A stretch of DNA of 64,000 nt from positions 672,001 through 736,000 of the forward strand of contig OZ253470.1 of the NCBI GenBank assembly GCA_965261735.1, given 5' to 3'. A program made the position numbers and the translations under genes. Shown here piece by piece: positions 54,537 to 64,000 of the stretch (its first letter is position 1; each line of letters opens with the position of its first letter). The stretch comes from Alphaproteobacteria bacterium. GTDB taxonomy: Bacteria; Pseudomonadota; Alphaproteobacteria; SHVV01. The notes under the pieces are model-generated. The model did no database searches and was not told the DNA's origin. It worked only from the letters and a program-made list of their open reading frames with translations.

Positions 54537-56144
54537 GTGGAACAGGTTGGACGCTTTCGCAGCAGCCATGGCCTGGAGCGCCTCGGCCTGCACAACGTAT
54601 CCCGCGTTCATTGGAACTACTCGGTCGCCGAGCTCTATGAGGAGGCGATCCGGCGCTACGAGGGGATGCTCACCGTCGGCGGCCCGCTGGTCGTCAACAC
54701 CGGCGATCACACCGGGCGCTCGGTCAACGACAAGTTCATCGTGCGCGAGGCGTCGAGCGAAGCCGACATCTGGTGGGGCGATGTCAACCGGCCGATCTCG
54801 CAGGAAGCGTTCGCCGGCCTCAGGCTGCGCCTGCTCGCCTACCTCCAGGGCCGAGAGCTGTTTGCCCTCGACTCGTGGGCCGGATCGGATCCCAAGCTTC
54901 GCCTGCCGGTGCGCGTCGTCACCGAGACCGCGTGGCACTCGCTGTTCGCGCGCAACATGTTCATACGCCCTTCGACCGAGGAGCTCGCCGATTTCACGCC
55001 CGAGTTCACCATCATTCACGCGCCCAATTTCCACGCGGTGCCCGAGGTCGACTCGACCAACTCGCACGTCTTCATCGTCGTCAACTTCGACGCCCGATTG
55101 GTGCTGATCGGCGGCACCTCCTATGCCGGCGAGATCAAGAAGTCGGTGTTCACGGTGCTGAACTACCTGCTGCCGCCGCGTGACGTGCTGCCCATGCACG
55201 CCTCGGTCAACGTCGGCCGCGACGGCCACGCGGCCCTGTTCTTCGGCCTGTCGGGAACCGGCAAGACGACGCTGTCGGCCGACCCCGAGCGCACTCTGAT
55301 CGGCGACGACGAGCATGGCTGGGGCGAGCACGGCGTGTTCAATTTCGAGGGCGGCTGCTACGCCAAGGTCATCAACCTGAGTGCCGAGGCGGAGCCCGAA
55401 ATCCACGCCACCACGCAGATGTACGGCACCGTGCTCGAGAACGTCGTCGTCGATTCCGATCTGCGCGTGCTCGATCTCGACGACGCGAGCCTGACCGAGA
55501 ATACGCGCGCCTCCTACCCGCTCTCGTTCATTCCCAATGTTGCCGAGTCGGGCATCGCCGGGCACCCCAAGGACATCGTCATGCTGACCGCGGACGCGTT
55601 CGGCGTGCTGCCGCCGATAGCGCAGCTGACGCCCGAGCAGGCGATGTATCATTTCCTTTCCGGCTATACCGCCAAGGTGGCGGGTACCGAGAAGGGCCTC
55701 GGCAACGAGCCGTCGGCGACGTTCTCGACCTGCTTCGGCGCACCCTTCATGCCGCGCCATCCCAGCGTGTACGCCAAGATGCTGGGCGAGCGGATCTCCC
55801 GGCACGGCTCCAATTGCTGGCTCGTCAACACGGGCTGGACGAGCGGCGCCTACGGCGTCGGCCACCGCATGCCGATCGCCTATACGCGCGCCCTGCTGAA
55901 AGCGGCGCTCGACGGGGTTCTCGCCGAGACGCCGACGCGCCGCGACGAGAATTTCGGCTTCACGGTGCCGGAGCACTGCCCGCAGGTGCCCGACGCCCTG
56001 ATGCGACCGCGCGAGACCTGGTCGGACAGCGCCGCCTACGACGAAACGGCGAAGAAGCTGGTCGGCCGTTTCCAGGAGAACTTCGCCCAGTTCGAGGCGT
56101 ACGTCGACGCCGACGTCAAAGCCGCGGCGCCGCGCGCCGCCTGA
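54537..56144 (+). CDS. pckA: PEP carboxykinase (ATP)
   Basis: [28 protein letters not shown]. Confidence 0.97.
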   Translation: MEQVGRFRSSHGLERLGLHNVSRVHWNYSVAELYEEAIRRYEGMLTVGGPLVVNTGDHTGRSVNDKFIVREASSEADIWWGDVNRPISQEAFAGLRLRLLAYLQGRELFALDSWAGSDPKLRLPVRVVTETAWHSLFARNMFIRPSTEELADFTPEFTIIHAPNFHAVPEVDSTNSHVFIVVNFDARLVLIGGTSYAGEIKKSVFTVLNYLLPPRDVLPMHASVNVGRDGHAALFFGLSGTGKTTLSADPERTLIGDDEHGWGEHGVFNFEGGCYAKVINLSAEAEPEIHATTQMYGTVLENVVVDSDLRVLDLDDASLTENTRASYPLSFIPNVAESGIAGHPKDIVMLTADAFGVLPPIAQLTPEQAMYHFLSGYTAKVAGTEKGLGNEPSATFSTCFGAPFMPRHPSVYAKMLGERISRHGSNCWLVNTGWTSGAYGVGHRMPIAYTRALLKAALDGVLAETPTRRDENFGFTVPEHCPQVPDALMRPRETWSDSAAYDETAKKLVGRFQENFAQFEAYVDADVKAAAPRAA

Positions 56145-56274
56145 GCGCGGGCCCAGGCGGCGCGCGCAGGACCACTCGCGCTGCGGTTAGCGCGCTTTCT
56201 CATGATTTTGCTATTTGCTATATTGAGCGGGCGGACTGTGTTCTGGCCGCTTTTTCAGGAGGTAGACTCGAGCC

Positions 56275-56602
56275 ATGGCGATCATGTCGATTGTCGCCGT
56301 CCTAATGAGTTTCGCGCTCGTCGCCGCTGGGGTCGGTCTCGCCACCACTGATTTCGGGGTGTTCTTCAGCGGCGTGAGCTTTCTCATCGTGTTCGGGCTG
56401 ACCCTGACCGCCGCCTTCGTAGGCTACCAACCGCGCTACGTCGTCGAGGCGCTCAAGGCGATCGCCGGCCCCTTCCGCAAGGCCAACGTCGACCGCTCGG
56501 TGTTGACCGAGGAGACCGGCAGGATCATCCGCTGGGGCTATCTCGTGAAGAAGCACGGCATTCTCGCGCTCGAGCGCGAGATCAAGGGGGCCAAGAACCA
56601 GG
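56275..56602 (+). pseudogene. motA: MotA/PomA-like stator protein, truncated by IS
   Basis: Two N-terminal TMs, SFLIVFG, KKHGILALE. Confidence 0.75.
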
Positions 56603-57647
56603 CTTGCCTATCCGGTTGACACCCACACCCACTAGGGCTAGAATGGGCGCAACCCGGATATAGGGGAGCGCGCCATGGATGTTCTCGACCGCGCCGATCT
56701 CCCATTCCCGCATTCGCTACCCGAGTTCCAGCGACTTTTCCCCGATGATGCGGCCTGCGCCGCCTACCTGGAGAAAGCCCGCTGGGGAGACGGCTTTGCC
56801 TGCCCGCACTGCGGCACAGCGGGAGAGCCGTTCCACTTTGAAAACCGCCCTGGCGTCCTGCGCTGCCGCAAGTGCCGCCAGAACACCGGGCTGACGGTGG
56901 GAACAGTGATGGAGCGTAGCCACACTCCGCTGAACGTCTGGTTCTGGGCCGCTTATCTGGTCGCCAGTCAGACGCCCGGCATGTCCGCCGTGCAGTTTCA
57001 GCGGCAACTTGGTCTTTCGCGCTACGAGACGGCCTTTCAAATTCTCCACAAGCTCCGCTCGGGCATGGTGCGGCCCAACCAAGACAGGATCGGTGGACAG
57101 CCCAAGAACCATGTTGAGGTGGACGAAACCTGGGTTGGCGGGCGAACGCGTGGGGAAGGCCGTGGTGTTCATCACAAGGTTCCCGTCTCCTGTGCCATCG
57201 AGGTGCGTCATCGAAAGCCGGACACCAAGCTCGACAACCGGAAAGACGGACGCTATGCCGGACGCGTTCGGCTCGCCGTCGTGCTCGACCGTAGCGCCGA
57301 GTCGCTCTGTGGGTTCGTCGAGAGCACCGTCGCGCCGCGATCGCTGATCGTTACTGACGATTGGAGCGGCTATGCTGGCCTCGGTAAGCGCGGCTATGAG
57401 CACTTCGCTGTTGCCGAGTGTGGTGATCCAGAGGTTGCCGAGCAATACCTGCCGATCATCCATCTGGTTTTCGCCAACCTGAAGACGTGGCTGATCGGTA
57501 TCCACCACGGCGTTAGCCACCAGCACCTACAAGCCTACCTCAACGAGTTCACCTTCCGCTTCAACAGGCGGTTCTACCCGTTCAACGCCTTCCGCTCATT
57601 GCTCGGCATCGCGGGCGACACCTCTGCTCCAACCTATGCCGAGCTTT
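56603..57647 (+). mobile_element. IS1595-family element, copy 5, right end deleted
   Basis: Left IR and transposase from 56675; identity ends after PTYAEL. Confidence 0.93.
56616..56644 (+). promoter_or_regulatory. sigma70-type transposase promoter
   Basis: TTGACA-N17-TAGAAT, 30 nt before ATG; same allele at 19586-19614 (-); TTTACA in other copies. Confidence 0.75.
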
Positions 57648-57649
57648 GG

Positions 57650-57997
57650 TCAACCCCCCTGCTTTTCAAGCAGCTCCCGAATCGCCTTCAACTCAGCAAG
57701 AATCCTGTCCTCCATCGTCGGCTCCGGCTGTCCCAGTTTTCGCTGAATCTCAGCCGCAACCTTCAGAAATTCCCGAGCGTCGGCCACAAAAGCGTAGCGG
57801 TCCCTCCACTCCCCAGGACCTAGATCGTTTGCGTCAATCCCGTCAAGGATCAGAACCCACCGGTCGGCTTGATTTTGGCTCTTTGCATCCAGTCGAGAAA
57901 ATTTGCGAGATTTCAGAAGATGAATATTGGGAAATCGCCGACGCGCTTGCTCGAATGTAAGTGGCGTTGCCTCGCTAGATTGTTCATCATCACTCAT
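57650..57997 (-). CDS. hypothetical protein (115 aa)
   Basis: AAGGAG RBS; C-terminal amphipathic helix. Confidence 0.65.
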   Translation of the reverse strand: MSDDEQSSEATPLTFEQARRRFPNIHLLKSRKFSRLDAKSQNQADRWVLILDGIDANDLGPGEWRDRYAFVADAREFLKVAAEIQRKLGQPEPTMEDRILAELKAIRELLEKQGG

Positions 57998-58098
57998 GAG
58001 AACTCTCCTTCTCGTGGGTTGGCCCGCCCGCTGGCACGGGCGGGGCTAATAGGGTCGCCGGCTGGTGCCGGGCCGACATCGGCACAGGGAAGGGAATC

Positions 58099-58371
58099 GT
58101 GAAAAAGGGATTGGGATTTGTTTGCGTGGCCCTCTCCCTGGTCACGGGTGTATGGCTGTGGCTGGGCTATCTCGATGCCCTGTCGGATTGGTTCGGCTCC
58201 GTGCTCGGAACGATAATCGCGGTGGTGGTCATCCCAGGAATACCGTTCTTCCCATTTGTCTATTGGTACGTCGAGGGACGGTTCCCCGATTTGTATTTCC
58301 TGCTGATGGCGATCTCCGCAGGTGCTGGCATGCTGGCGGGATGGACTTTCTCAAAGGAGACGCGATCATGA
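58099..58371 (+). CDS. small membrane protein (about 3 TM)
   Basis: Hydrophobic ORF; ATGA overlap with next gene. Confidence 0.65.
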   Translation: MKKGLGFVCVALSLVTGVWLWLGYLDALSDWFGSVLGTIIAVVVIPGIPFFPFVYWYVEGRFPDLYFLLMAISAGAGMLAGWTFSKETRS

Positions 58372-58565
58372 CCAAAGACCCCAAGCCCCTCGCCAAACGG
58401 CCTATCCTGGAGGAACGCGAGATCGCACTCCCGCCGCGCGGCTACCAGCCGACCAAGGCCGAGAGCGAGCAGGAATATGATATGCCAGGAGGCGATATAG
58501 TGACCGTTCGCAATGCCTTCTTTCGGCGCGTGAGAGTGAAAAAGGAAAAGGCCAAGGCCGATTAG
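58368..58565 (+). CDS. 65-aa protein with YQPTKAE motif
   Basis: AAGGAG RBS; related to 6779-6940. Confidence 0.7.
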   Translation: MTKDPKPLAKRPILEEREIALPPRGYQPTKAESEQEYDMPGGDIVTVRNAFFRRVRVKKEKAKAD

Positions 58566-58604
58566 CGGGGGTAGTAGAACAACGTAAGAATAGGAGCCCG
58601 AGAA

Positions 58605-59175
58605 ATGTCTGAATGGTCCGTCGCAACGATTGCCGGGGGCATTGCGGCTTCGCTTATCGCCAGCATCGCGGCACTTACCGCCATCGGCGTGGCAATCTTC
58701 AAGGCCGGCCGATGGACGGGGGCTGTCAACACAACCCTTGAATCCTTCAAGGGAACAATAACCAAAGTCCAGGAGGACATAAAGGATGCGGTGCGTGAAA
58801 TCAAGGAAGCAGTGACCAAGACTCAGGCGGACATCAACAGCTTGCAGCTTGAGCTCACGTCCAAAACGCTAAGCCCTGGCAGCCCACTCGAGCCAAACGA
58901 ATTGGGCAAAAAAAGTTTCTGAGACCATAGGCGTCCCTTCAATAGTGAAGGGCCTTGCCGCTGGTTTGAGTGAAAAGGCTGAGGGCAAGCATCCATACGA
59001 TATTCAGGAACTATGCTTCAATTTTGTCCGCGATGATTACGATCCAAGCGATGAAGTTGAGAAGAATATCAAGGAATTCGCCTATGAAAATGGTATTAGC
59101 CGCGCCGATGTTATGGATGTTCTGGCGGTTGAATTGCGTGACGAGATACTTCGGTTGATCAAACAGAAAGCCTAG
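58605..59175 (+). pseudogene. membrane-anchored coiled-coil protein, frameshifted at an A7 run
   Basis: A7 to A6 at 58908-58914 joins ...NELGKK to VSETIG...YDIQ...VELRDEIL. Confidence 0.65.
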
Positions 59176-59337
59176 CCCCCGCACACGCACTGGAATGTGA
59201 CTATCCGACATAATTCCCCTTATTTTGTATGTTCGGGCTTGCATCGGCAGGGGGTACCCAGGGCATGTGCAGCCACCCAATAAACTCGGGGCAGTCATTG
59301 GTGCGCTGGCCAGGGCGGCCTCGCTCTATGCGTGCAA

Positions 59338-59769
59338 TCACCCATCGCCGCGCCGCTGCGGCCCTTTCGGGGCGATAAGCTGTAGGGTCGGGAAGTTGGC
59401 GCGGTAGCGGCCGGTGTCTCGACTGAGGAGCGGCAACCCAGCGACGGCGGCGTGCGCACCGATGAAGAAATCGGGCAGCACTCCGGACTTGCGCCCACCT
59501 TTCCTCCGGTACGCGCGAAAGACCTTGCCTGCGAGAAAGAGGGCGGGGCGCGGAATCTCTAGGAGCTTGACGGCAATGGCCGCCAACACAGCTTCCAATT
59601 CCTCGATGCGACGGTAGCCAATCGAAACCTCGGCATAGACGACGGCATTGATGAACAAGGGGCCCTTCAACGCCAGGGCCTCCATCTGCTGCTGCGACCA
59701 GCTTGCCCACGTCGGATCGTCCGTCACCACGTCGAGCAAAACGCTGGTGTCGAGTAGGGCGCCGCTCAC
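59338..59769 (-). CDS. vapC: VapC PIN-domain toxin
   Basis: LLDTSVLLD, VVYAE, LPDFFIGAHA, LLSRD. Confidence 0.9.
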   Translation of the reverse strand: MSGALLDTSVLLDVVTDDPTWASWSQQQMEALALKGPLFINAVVYAEVSIGYRRIEELEAVLAAIAVKLLEIPRPALFLAGKVFRAYRRKGGRKSGVLPDFFIGAHAAVAGLPLLSRDTGRYRANFPTLQLIAPKGPQRRGDG

Positions 59770-60005
59770 CCTTCGCCCCTCGTTAGCTCCATGATCTCGT
59801 CGGTGCTCATCCCGGCGGTCGCGCTTCCCCGAATCCGGTAGAACGGGCTCACTTTCCGCCGCACACTCTTGCCGGCCTTGCAGACCACCACCCGACCGTC
59901 CTCCTGCAGCTCGAAGTCGACGGCGGTTCCGGGCGTAATGCCAAGGTGCTCGCGGACCCTCTTGGGGATCGTGACCTGGCCCTTGCTGGTGACCTGCGTG
60001 CTCAT
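59766..60005 (-). CDS. vapB: AbrB/MazE-type antitoxin
   Basis: VTSKGQVTIPKRVREHLGI.PG; GTGA overlap with toxin. Confidence 0.9.
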   Translation of the reverse strand: MSTQVTSKGQVTIPKRVREHLGITPGTAVDFELQEDGRVVVCKAGKSVRRKVSPFYRIRGSATAGMSTDEIMELTRGEG

Positions 60006-60017
60006 CTCTACCTCGTT

Positions 60018-60044
60018 GTAATACCTCTCTTGGAAAGGTAATAC
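60018..60044. promoter_or_regulatory. probable TA autoregulatory operator
   Basis: Two palindromic GTA-A-TAC boxes at 20-bp period just upstream of the antitoxin RBS. Confidence 0.55.
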
Positions 60045-60228
60045 TACCGAAATGCACGATCCGTCACAAGCTTGAGCGGCGGCACCCCAAAAACGAGGCA
60101 AACCTCCTTGCTGAACCAGGCGATGATGCGATCCACGGCCATGGCCCCAGAGAACCTCGTTTCGGTGCGATGCCCGTTGCGACGCACCTCTTCGTGACGC
60201 AGCGCGCGCGGCCACGAGAGTGCTGCCC

Positions 60229-61444
60229 ATGATCTCCGCCCGCGCCACCGCCATCGCGCTGATTGCGCTCTCGCAGGTGGCGGCGATGGCGCTGTGGTTC
60301 TCGGCTTCGGCGATCGTGCCGGCGCTGCGAGCCGAGGTCGGGCTCGCGCCGCTCACGGCGTCCCTGTTCACGAGCGCGCTCCAGGCGGGCTTCGTCGTCG
60401 GTACGCTGGCGAGCGCGGTGCTCGGGCTCGCGGACCGGCTCGATCCGCGCCGCTTCTTCATGGCCGCGGCCCTTGTCGCGGCGGCCGCAAACGCAGCCAT
60501 CCTCCTGCTCGACCCGGCCTCGCCCGCGGTCATCGGCTTGCGCTTCGCCACCGGCGTGTGCATGGCCGGCATCTATCCCGTCGGCATGAAGCTCGCGACG
60601 ACCTGGGCCAAGGACGACATGGGGCTGATGGTCGGCCTGCTGGTCGGCGCGCTGACCCTGGACTCGGCCTTTCCGCACCTTTCCAATGCGCTCGGCGGCA
60701 TCGACTGGCGCTTCACCCTGGCCGCCGCCTCAGGTTCCGCCGTGGTCGCCGCGGCGGCCATCCGCCTCGTCGCCATCGGCCCCAATCGCGCGAACGCGCC
60801 GCCGTTCGATCCCGGCGCCGCCCTGCGCGCATGGACGAACCCTGCCCTGCGCCTCGCCAACCTCGGCTACCTCGGCCACATGTGGGAACTCTATGCGATG
60901 TGGGCCTGGATCGGCATCTTCCTCGATGCATGCTTCCGGCTGTCGATGGCCGACGATGCGGCACCGCTCTTGGCCGCGCTCGCGACCTTCGCCACCATCG
61001 GGGCGGGCGCCGTGGGATGCATCGCGGGCGGCGCCCTCGCCGACCGCATCGGCCGCACCACCTTGACCATGGCCGCGATGGGCGCAAGCGGCACCTGCGC
61101 CCTAGGTGTGGGCTACCTGTTCGGCCACAGCCCTGCTAATCCTCGTCGCGGTGTGCCTCGTTTGGGGGGTCGTCGCGGTCGCCGATTCGGCCCAGTTCTC
61201 GGCCAGCATTGCCGAACTCTCCGAGCCGTCTCACGTCGGCACCATGCTCACCATCCAGACGAGCATGGGATTTCTACTCACCCTGCTGACGATCCACCTC
61301 ATCCCGCCGCTCGTGGAGGCGGTGACGTGGCGCCACGCCTTCGCTTTCGCTTTCCTCGCCATCGGGCCGTTTCTCGGGGTGGTCGCGATGTGGCGCCTGC
61401 GCCAGCACCCGCACGCGGCCAAGCTCGCCGGCGGGCGCGGCTAG
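60229..61444 (+). pseudogene. MFS transporter, frameshifted near 61130
   Basis: LWFSASA, YPVGMKL, GHMWELYAMW; C-terminal ADSAQFSA...GTMLTIQTSMGF in another frame. Confidence 0.85.
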
Positions 61445-61469
61445 CGCGCGCCGAGCGCCACGAGCGCGC

Positions 61470-64000
61470 CTAGTGCGCCTCGTCCCAGTTGGCGCCGGTG
61501 CCGGTATCGACGGTGAGCGGGATGCTGAGGTGGGCGGCCCCCTCCATCACTCCCTTGGCGAGCGCGGCGGTGTCGGCGACCTCGTCCTCGGGCACCTCGA
61601 AGAGGAGTTCGTCGTGCACGCTGAGCAGCATGCGCGCGCCCGCGCCGGCGCGCCGCAGCGCCGGCGGCATGCGGATCATCGCCCGCTTGATGATGTCGGC
61701 GGCCGAGCCCTGAAGCGGCGCGTTGATGGCGGCGCGCTCCGAGAAGGCGCGGTGGTTGGGGTTCTTGTCGTGGATGCCGGGCAGGTGGCAGCGGCGCCCG
61801 AAGATCGTCTCGACGTAGCCGTGGCCGCGGCAGAACTCCTTGGTCGCTTCCATGTAGCCGCGGATGCCGGGGTAGCGCTGGAAGTAGGTCTCGATATAGG
61901 CCGCCGCATCGGCGCGAGGGATACCGAGCTGGCGCGCCAGGCCGAAGGCGCTGATGCCGTAGATGATGCCGAAATTGATCGCCTTGGCGGAGCGGCGCAC
62001 CGCCGCGTCCATGCCGGCGACCGGCACGCCGAACATCTCGCTCGCCGTTAGCGCGTGGATGTCGAGGCCGTCGCGGAAGGCTTGGCGCAGCGGAGCGATA
62101 TCGGCGATATGCGCGAGCAGGCGGAGCTCGATCTGCGAGTAGTCGGCGGACAGGAACACGTAGCCGGGCTCGGCCACGAAGGCGCGGCGAATCTTGCGCC
62201 CCTCCTCGGTGCGGACGGGGATGTTCTGCAGGTTGGGATCGTTGGACGCGAGGCGCCCGGTGGCCGCGCCGGCCATGTCGTAAGCGGTGTGGACGCGCCC
62301 CGTGTTCGGGTCGATCTGCTCCTGCAGGGCATCGGTATAGGTGTTCTGGAGCTTGGTGAGCTGGCGCCAGTCGAGGACGCGGGCCGGCAGGTCGTGACCC
62401 TGCTGGGCCAGGGTCTCGAGAATATCGGCGCCGGTGGCGTAGGCGCCGGTTTTGCCCTTGCGCCCGCCCGCGAGGCCCATTTCGTCGAACAGCACCTCGC
62501 CGAGCTGCTTGGGCGAGCCGACGTTGAAGGGATGACCGGCAAGCTTACATATCTCGGTTTCGAGGTGTGCCGCGCGGCCCGCGAAGTCCTCGGACAGCTC
62601 CGCCAGCTGGGCCCGATCGACCCGGATACCCGTGCTCTCCATGGCGGCCAGTACCGGGATCAGCGGCCGCTCGAGGGTTTCATAGACGCTGACGAGGCGC
62701 TCCTCGACGAGGCGCGGCTTGAGGCGCGCCTGCAGGCGCCATATGAGATCGGCGCCCTCGGCGGCGTAGGCCACGGCCGTATCGAGCGCGACCTCGGCGA
62801 ACGGGACGCGCGCCTTGCCGCTGCCGACAATCTCGGCAACCGGAGGCCGCCGGCGCCCGAGATGGTGCTCGGCGAGATCGTCGAGGCCGTAGCCGCGCGC
62901 CCGCCCGGCATCGAGGACGAAGGCGAGCAGCATCGTGTCCTCGAGCGGCGCCGCCGTGATGCCGCGGCGCGCCAGCGCCACCACCAGCTCCTTGATGTTG
63001 TGGCCGACCTTGAGCACGGAGGGGTCTTCGAGCACCGGCTTGAACAGGGCCAGGGCCTCGTCCGCGCCGATCTCGGCCGCACCGTCGTGGCCGAGCGGCA
63101 GGTAGGCCGCGCGCCCGGCCGCCGTGGCGAGCGCAATGCCGACGAGATCGGCCCGCGTCGGGTCGGGTCGATCGGTCTGCAGGGCGAGCGCCAGCGCGCC
63201 CTCGCGCACCGCTTCGGCGAGCACGCGGGCGACATAGTCGGCGCCGAGCAGCGGGCGATACTCGGCATCGGCCTCGGGCGCGAGCGCCACCGCGGGAGCG
63301 ACCGGCGCCGCGGCCACGCCCGCGGCCGCCATGCGCCGCTCGATGCGGCCGATGAGCGCCTTGAACTCCTGGGCCCGCAGGAAGGCGAGCAGGGCCTCGA
63401 GGTCGGGCTCGCGCCGGGCCAGAGTCTCGACGCCCTCGGGCAACGGCACGTCGTTCCTGAGGCGGACGAGCTCGCGGCTCATGCGCGCCTCGTCCGCGTT
63501 CTCGAGCAGCCGCTCGCGCCGCTTAGGCTGGCGTATCTCGCTAGCGCGCGCGAGCAGCGTGTCGAGATCGCCGAACGTGGTGATGAGCTCGGCCGCGGTC
63601 TTTACGCCGACCCCGGGGACGCCGGGCACGTTGTCCGTCGAATCCCCGGCCAGAGCCTGGACGTCGACTACCTTGTCGGGGTCGACGCCGAACTTCTCGC
63701 GCACCTCGGCGACGCCGATCGGGCGCACCTTCATCGGGTCGAACATCGTGATGCCGTCGTCGACGAGCTGCATCAGGTCCTTGTCGGACGAGATGATGAC
63801 GACCTCGAGCCCGGCAGCGTGCGCCTCGCGGGCGTAGGTCGCGATGACATCGTCGGCCTCGAAGCCTTTCATCTCGACGCAGGCGACGTTGAACGCCCGC
63901 GCGACCTCGCGGATCAGCGGGAACTGCGGCACCAGGTCCTCGGGCGCCGGCGGCCGGTGGGCCTTGTAATCGGGGTAGATGTCGTTGCGGAAGGTGCGCC
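61470..64000 (-). CDS. polA: DNA polymerase I (5' end outside window)
   Basis: FEADD, SSDKD, TGRLAS, ADYSQIELR, AKAINFGIIYG, VHDEL. Confidence 0.97.
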   Translation of the reverse strand, partial: RTFRNDIYPDYKAHRPPAPEDLVPQFPLIREVARAFNVACVEMKGFEADDVIATYAREAHAAGLEVVIISSDKDLMQLVDDGITMFDPMKVRPIGVAEVREKFGVDPDKVVDVQALAGDSTDNVPGVPGVGVKTAAELITTFGDLDTLLARASEIRQPKRRERLLENADEARMSRELVRLRNDVPLPEGVETLARREPDLEALLAFLRAQEFKALIGRIERRMAAAGVAAAPVAPAVALAPEADAEYRPLLGADYVARVLAEAVREGALALALQTDRPDPTRADLVGIALATAAGRAAYLPLGHDGAAEIGADEALALFKPVLEDPSVLKVGHNIKELVVALARRGITAAPLEDTMLLAFVLDAGRARGYGLDDLAEHHLGRRRPPVAEIVGSGKARVPFAEVALDTAVAYAAEGADLIWRLQARLKPRLVEERLVSVYETLERPLIPVLAAMESTGIRVDRAQLAELSEDFAGRAAHLETEICKLAGHPFNVGSPKQLGEVLFDEMGLAGGRKGKTGAYATGADILETLAQQGHDLPARVLDWRQLTKLQNTYTDALQEQIDPNTGRVHTAYDMAGAATGRLASNDPNLQNIPVRTEEGRKIRRAFVAEPGYVFLSADYSQIELRLLAHIADIAPLRQAFRDGLDIHALTASEMFGVPVAGMDAAVRRSAKAINFGIIYGISAFGLARQLGIPRADAAAYIETYFQRYPGIRGYMEATKEFCRGHGYVETIFGRRCHLPGIHDKNPNHRAFSERAAINAPLQGSAADIIKRAMIRMPPALRRAGAGARMLLSVHDELLFEVPEDEVADTAALAKGVMEGAAHLSIPLTVDTGTGANWDEAH

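Larger units (their letters stand above)
57648..59218 (+). mobile_element. second ISNwi1-type remnant, cargo plus one end
   Basis: Reverse complement of 59196-59218 is GGGAATTATGTCGGATAGTCACA, 16/23 identical to 6745-6767; lower-GC cargo; left boundary uncertain. Confidence 0.55.

Noticed and set aside
59338-60005. vapBC as cargo of the ISNwi1-type element
   Set aside because: Lies outside the inferred end at 59218; an ordinary type II TA pair.

Overview
High-GC alphaproteobacterial (Rhodospirillales-like) DNA that looks like a genome in early, IS-driven decay. 1-22 kb is an accessory mosaic left of a tRNA-Ala(GGC) and a truncated P4-type integrase. It holds two IS256 copies, IS1595 (ISSod11-type) copies, IS1380 and ISKra4-like remnants, many gene stumps, an interrupted DNA methyltransferase-HNH fusion, an ABC-3C/Lamassu-like ATPase fragment and an intact catabolic cluster. 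22-56 kb is the familiar core order (aroA-cmk-rpsA-sppA-ihfB-trpFBA-folC; trxA-addAB-murU-amgK-tsaE; divL-like-ahcY-rapZ-chvGI-pckA). In it the divL-like kinase and motA are destroyed, and accD, probably pyrF, and the hprK/PTS genes are missing from their usual positions. 56-64 kb holds a second cargo remnant, vapBC, a broken MFS gene and polA with a degenerate proofreading site. The best candidate for an undescribed system is a pair of unlinked ISNwi1-type (IS1595 family) element ends, each preceded by a related YQP[ST]KAE microprotein and variable cargo, one being the MTase-HNH fusion. The resident IS1595 also shows a GA(A) target bias that regenerates ribosome-binding sites, promoter alleles that differ between copies, and a GC-to-AT mutation bias concentrated at GGC. 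All calls come from reading the sequence and ORF track by eye; no searches were run.
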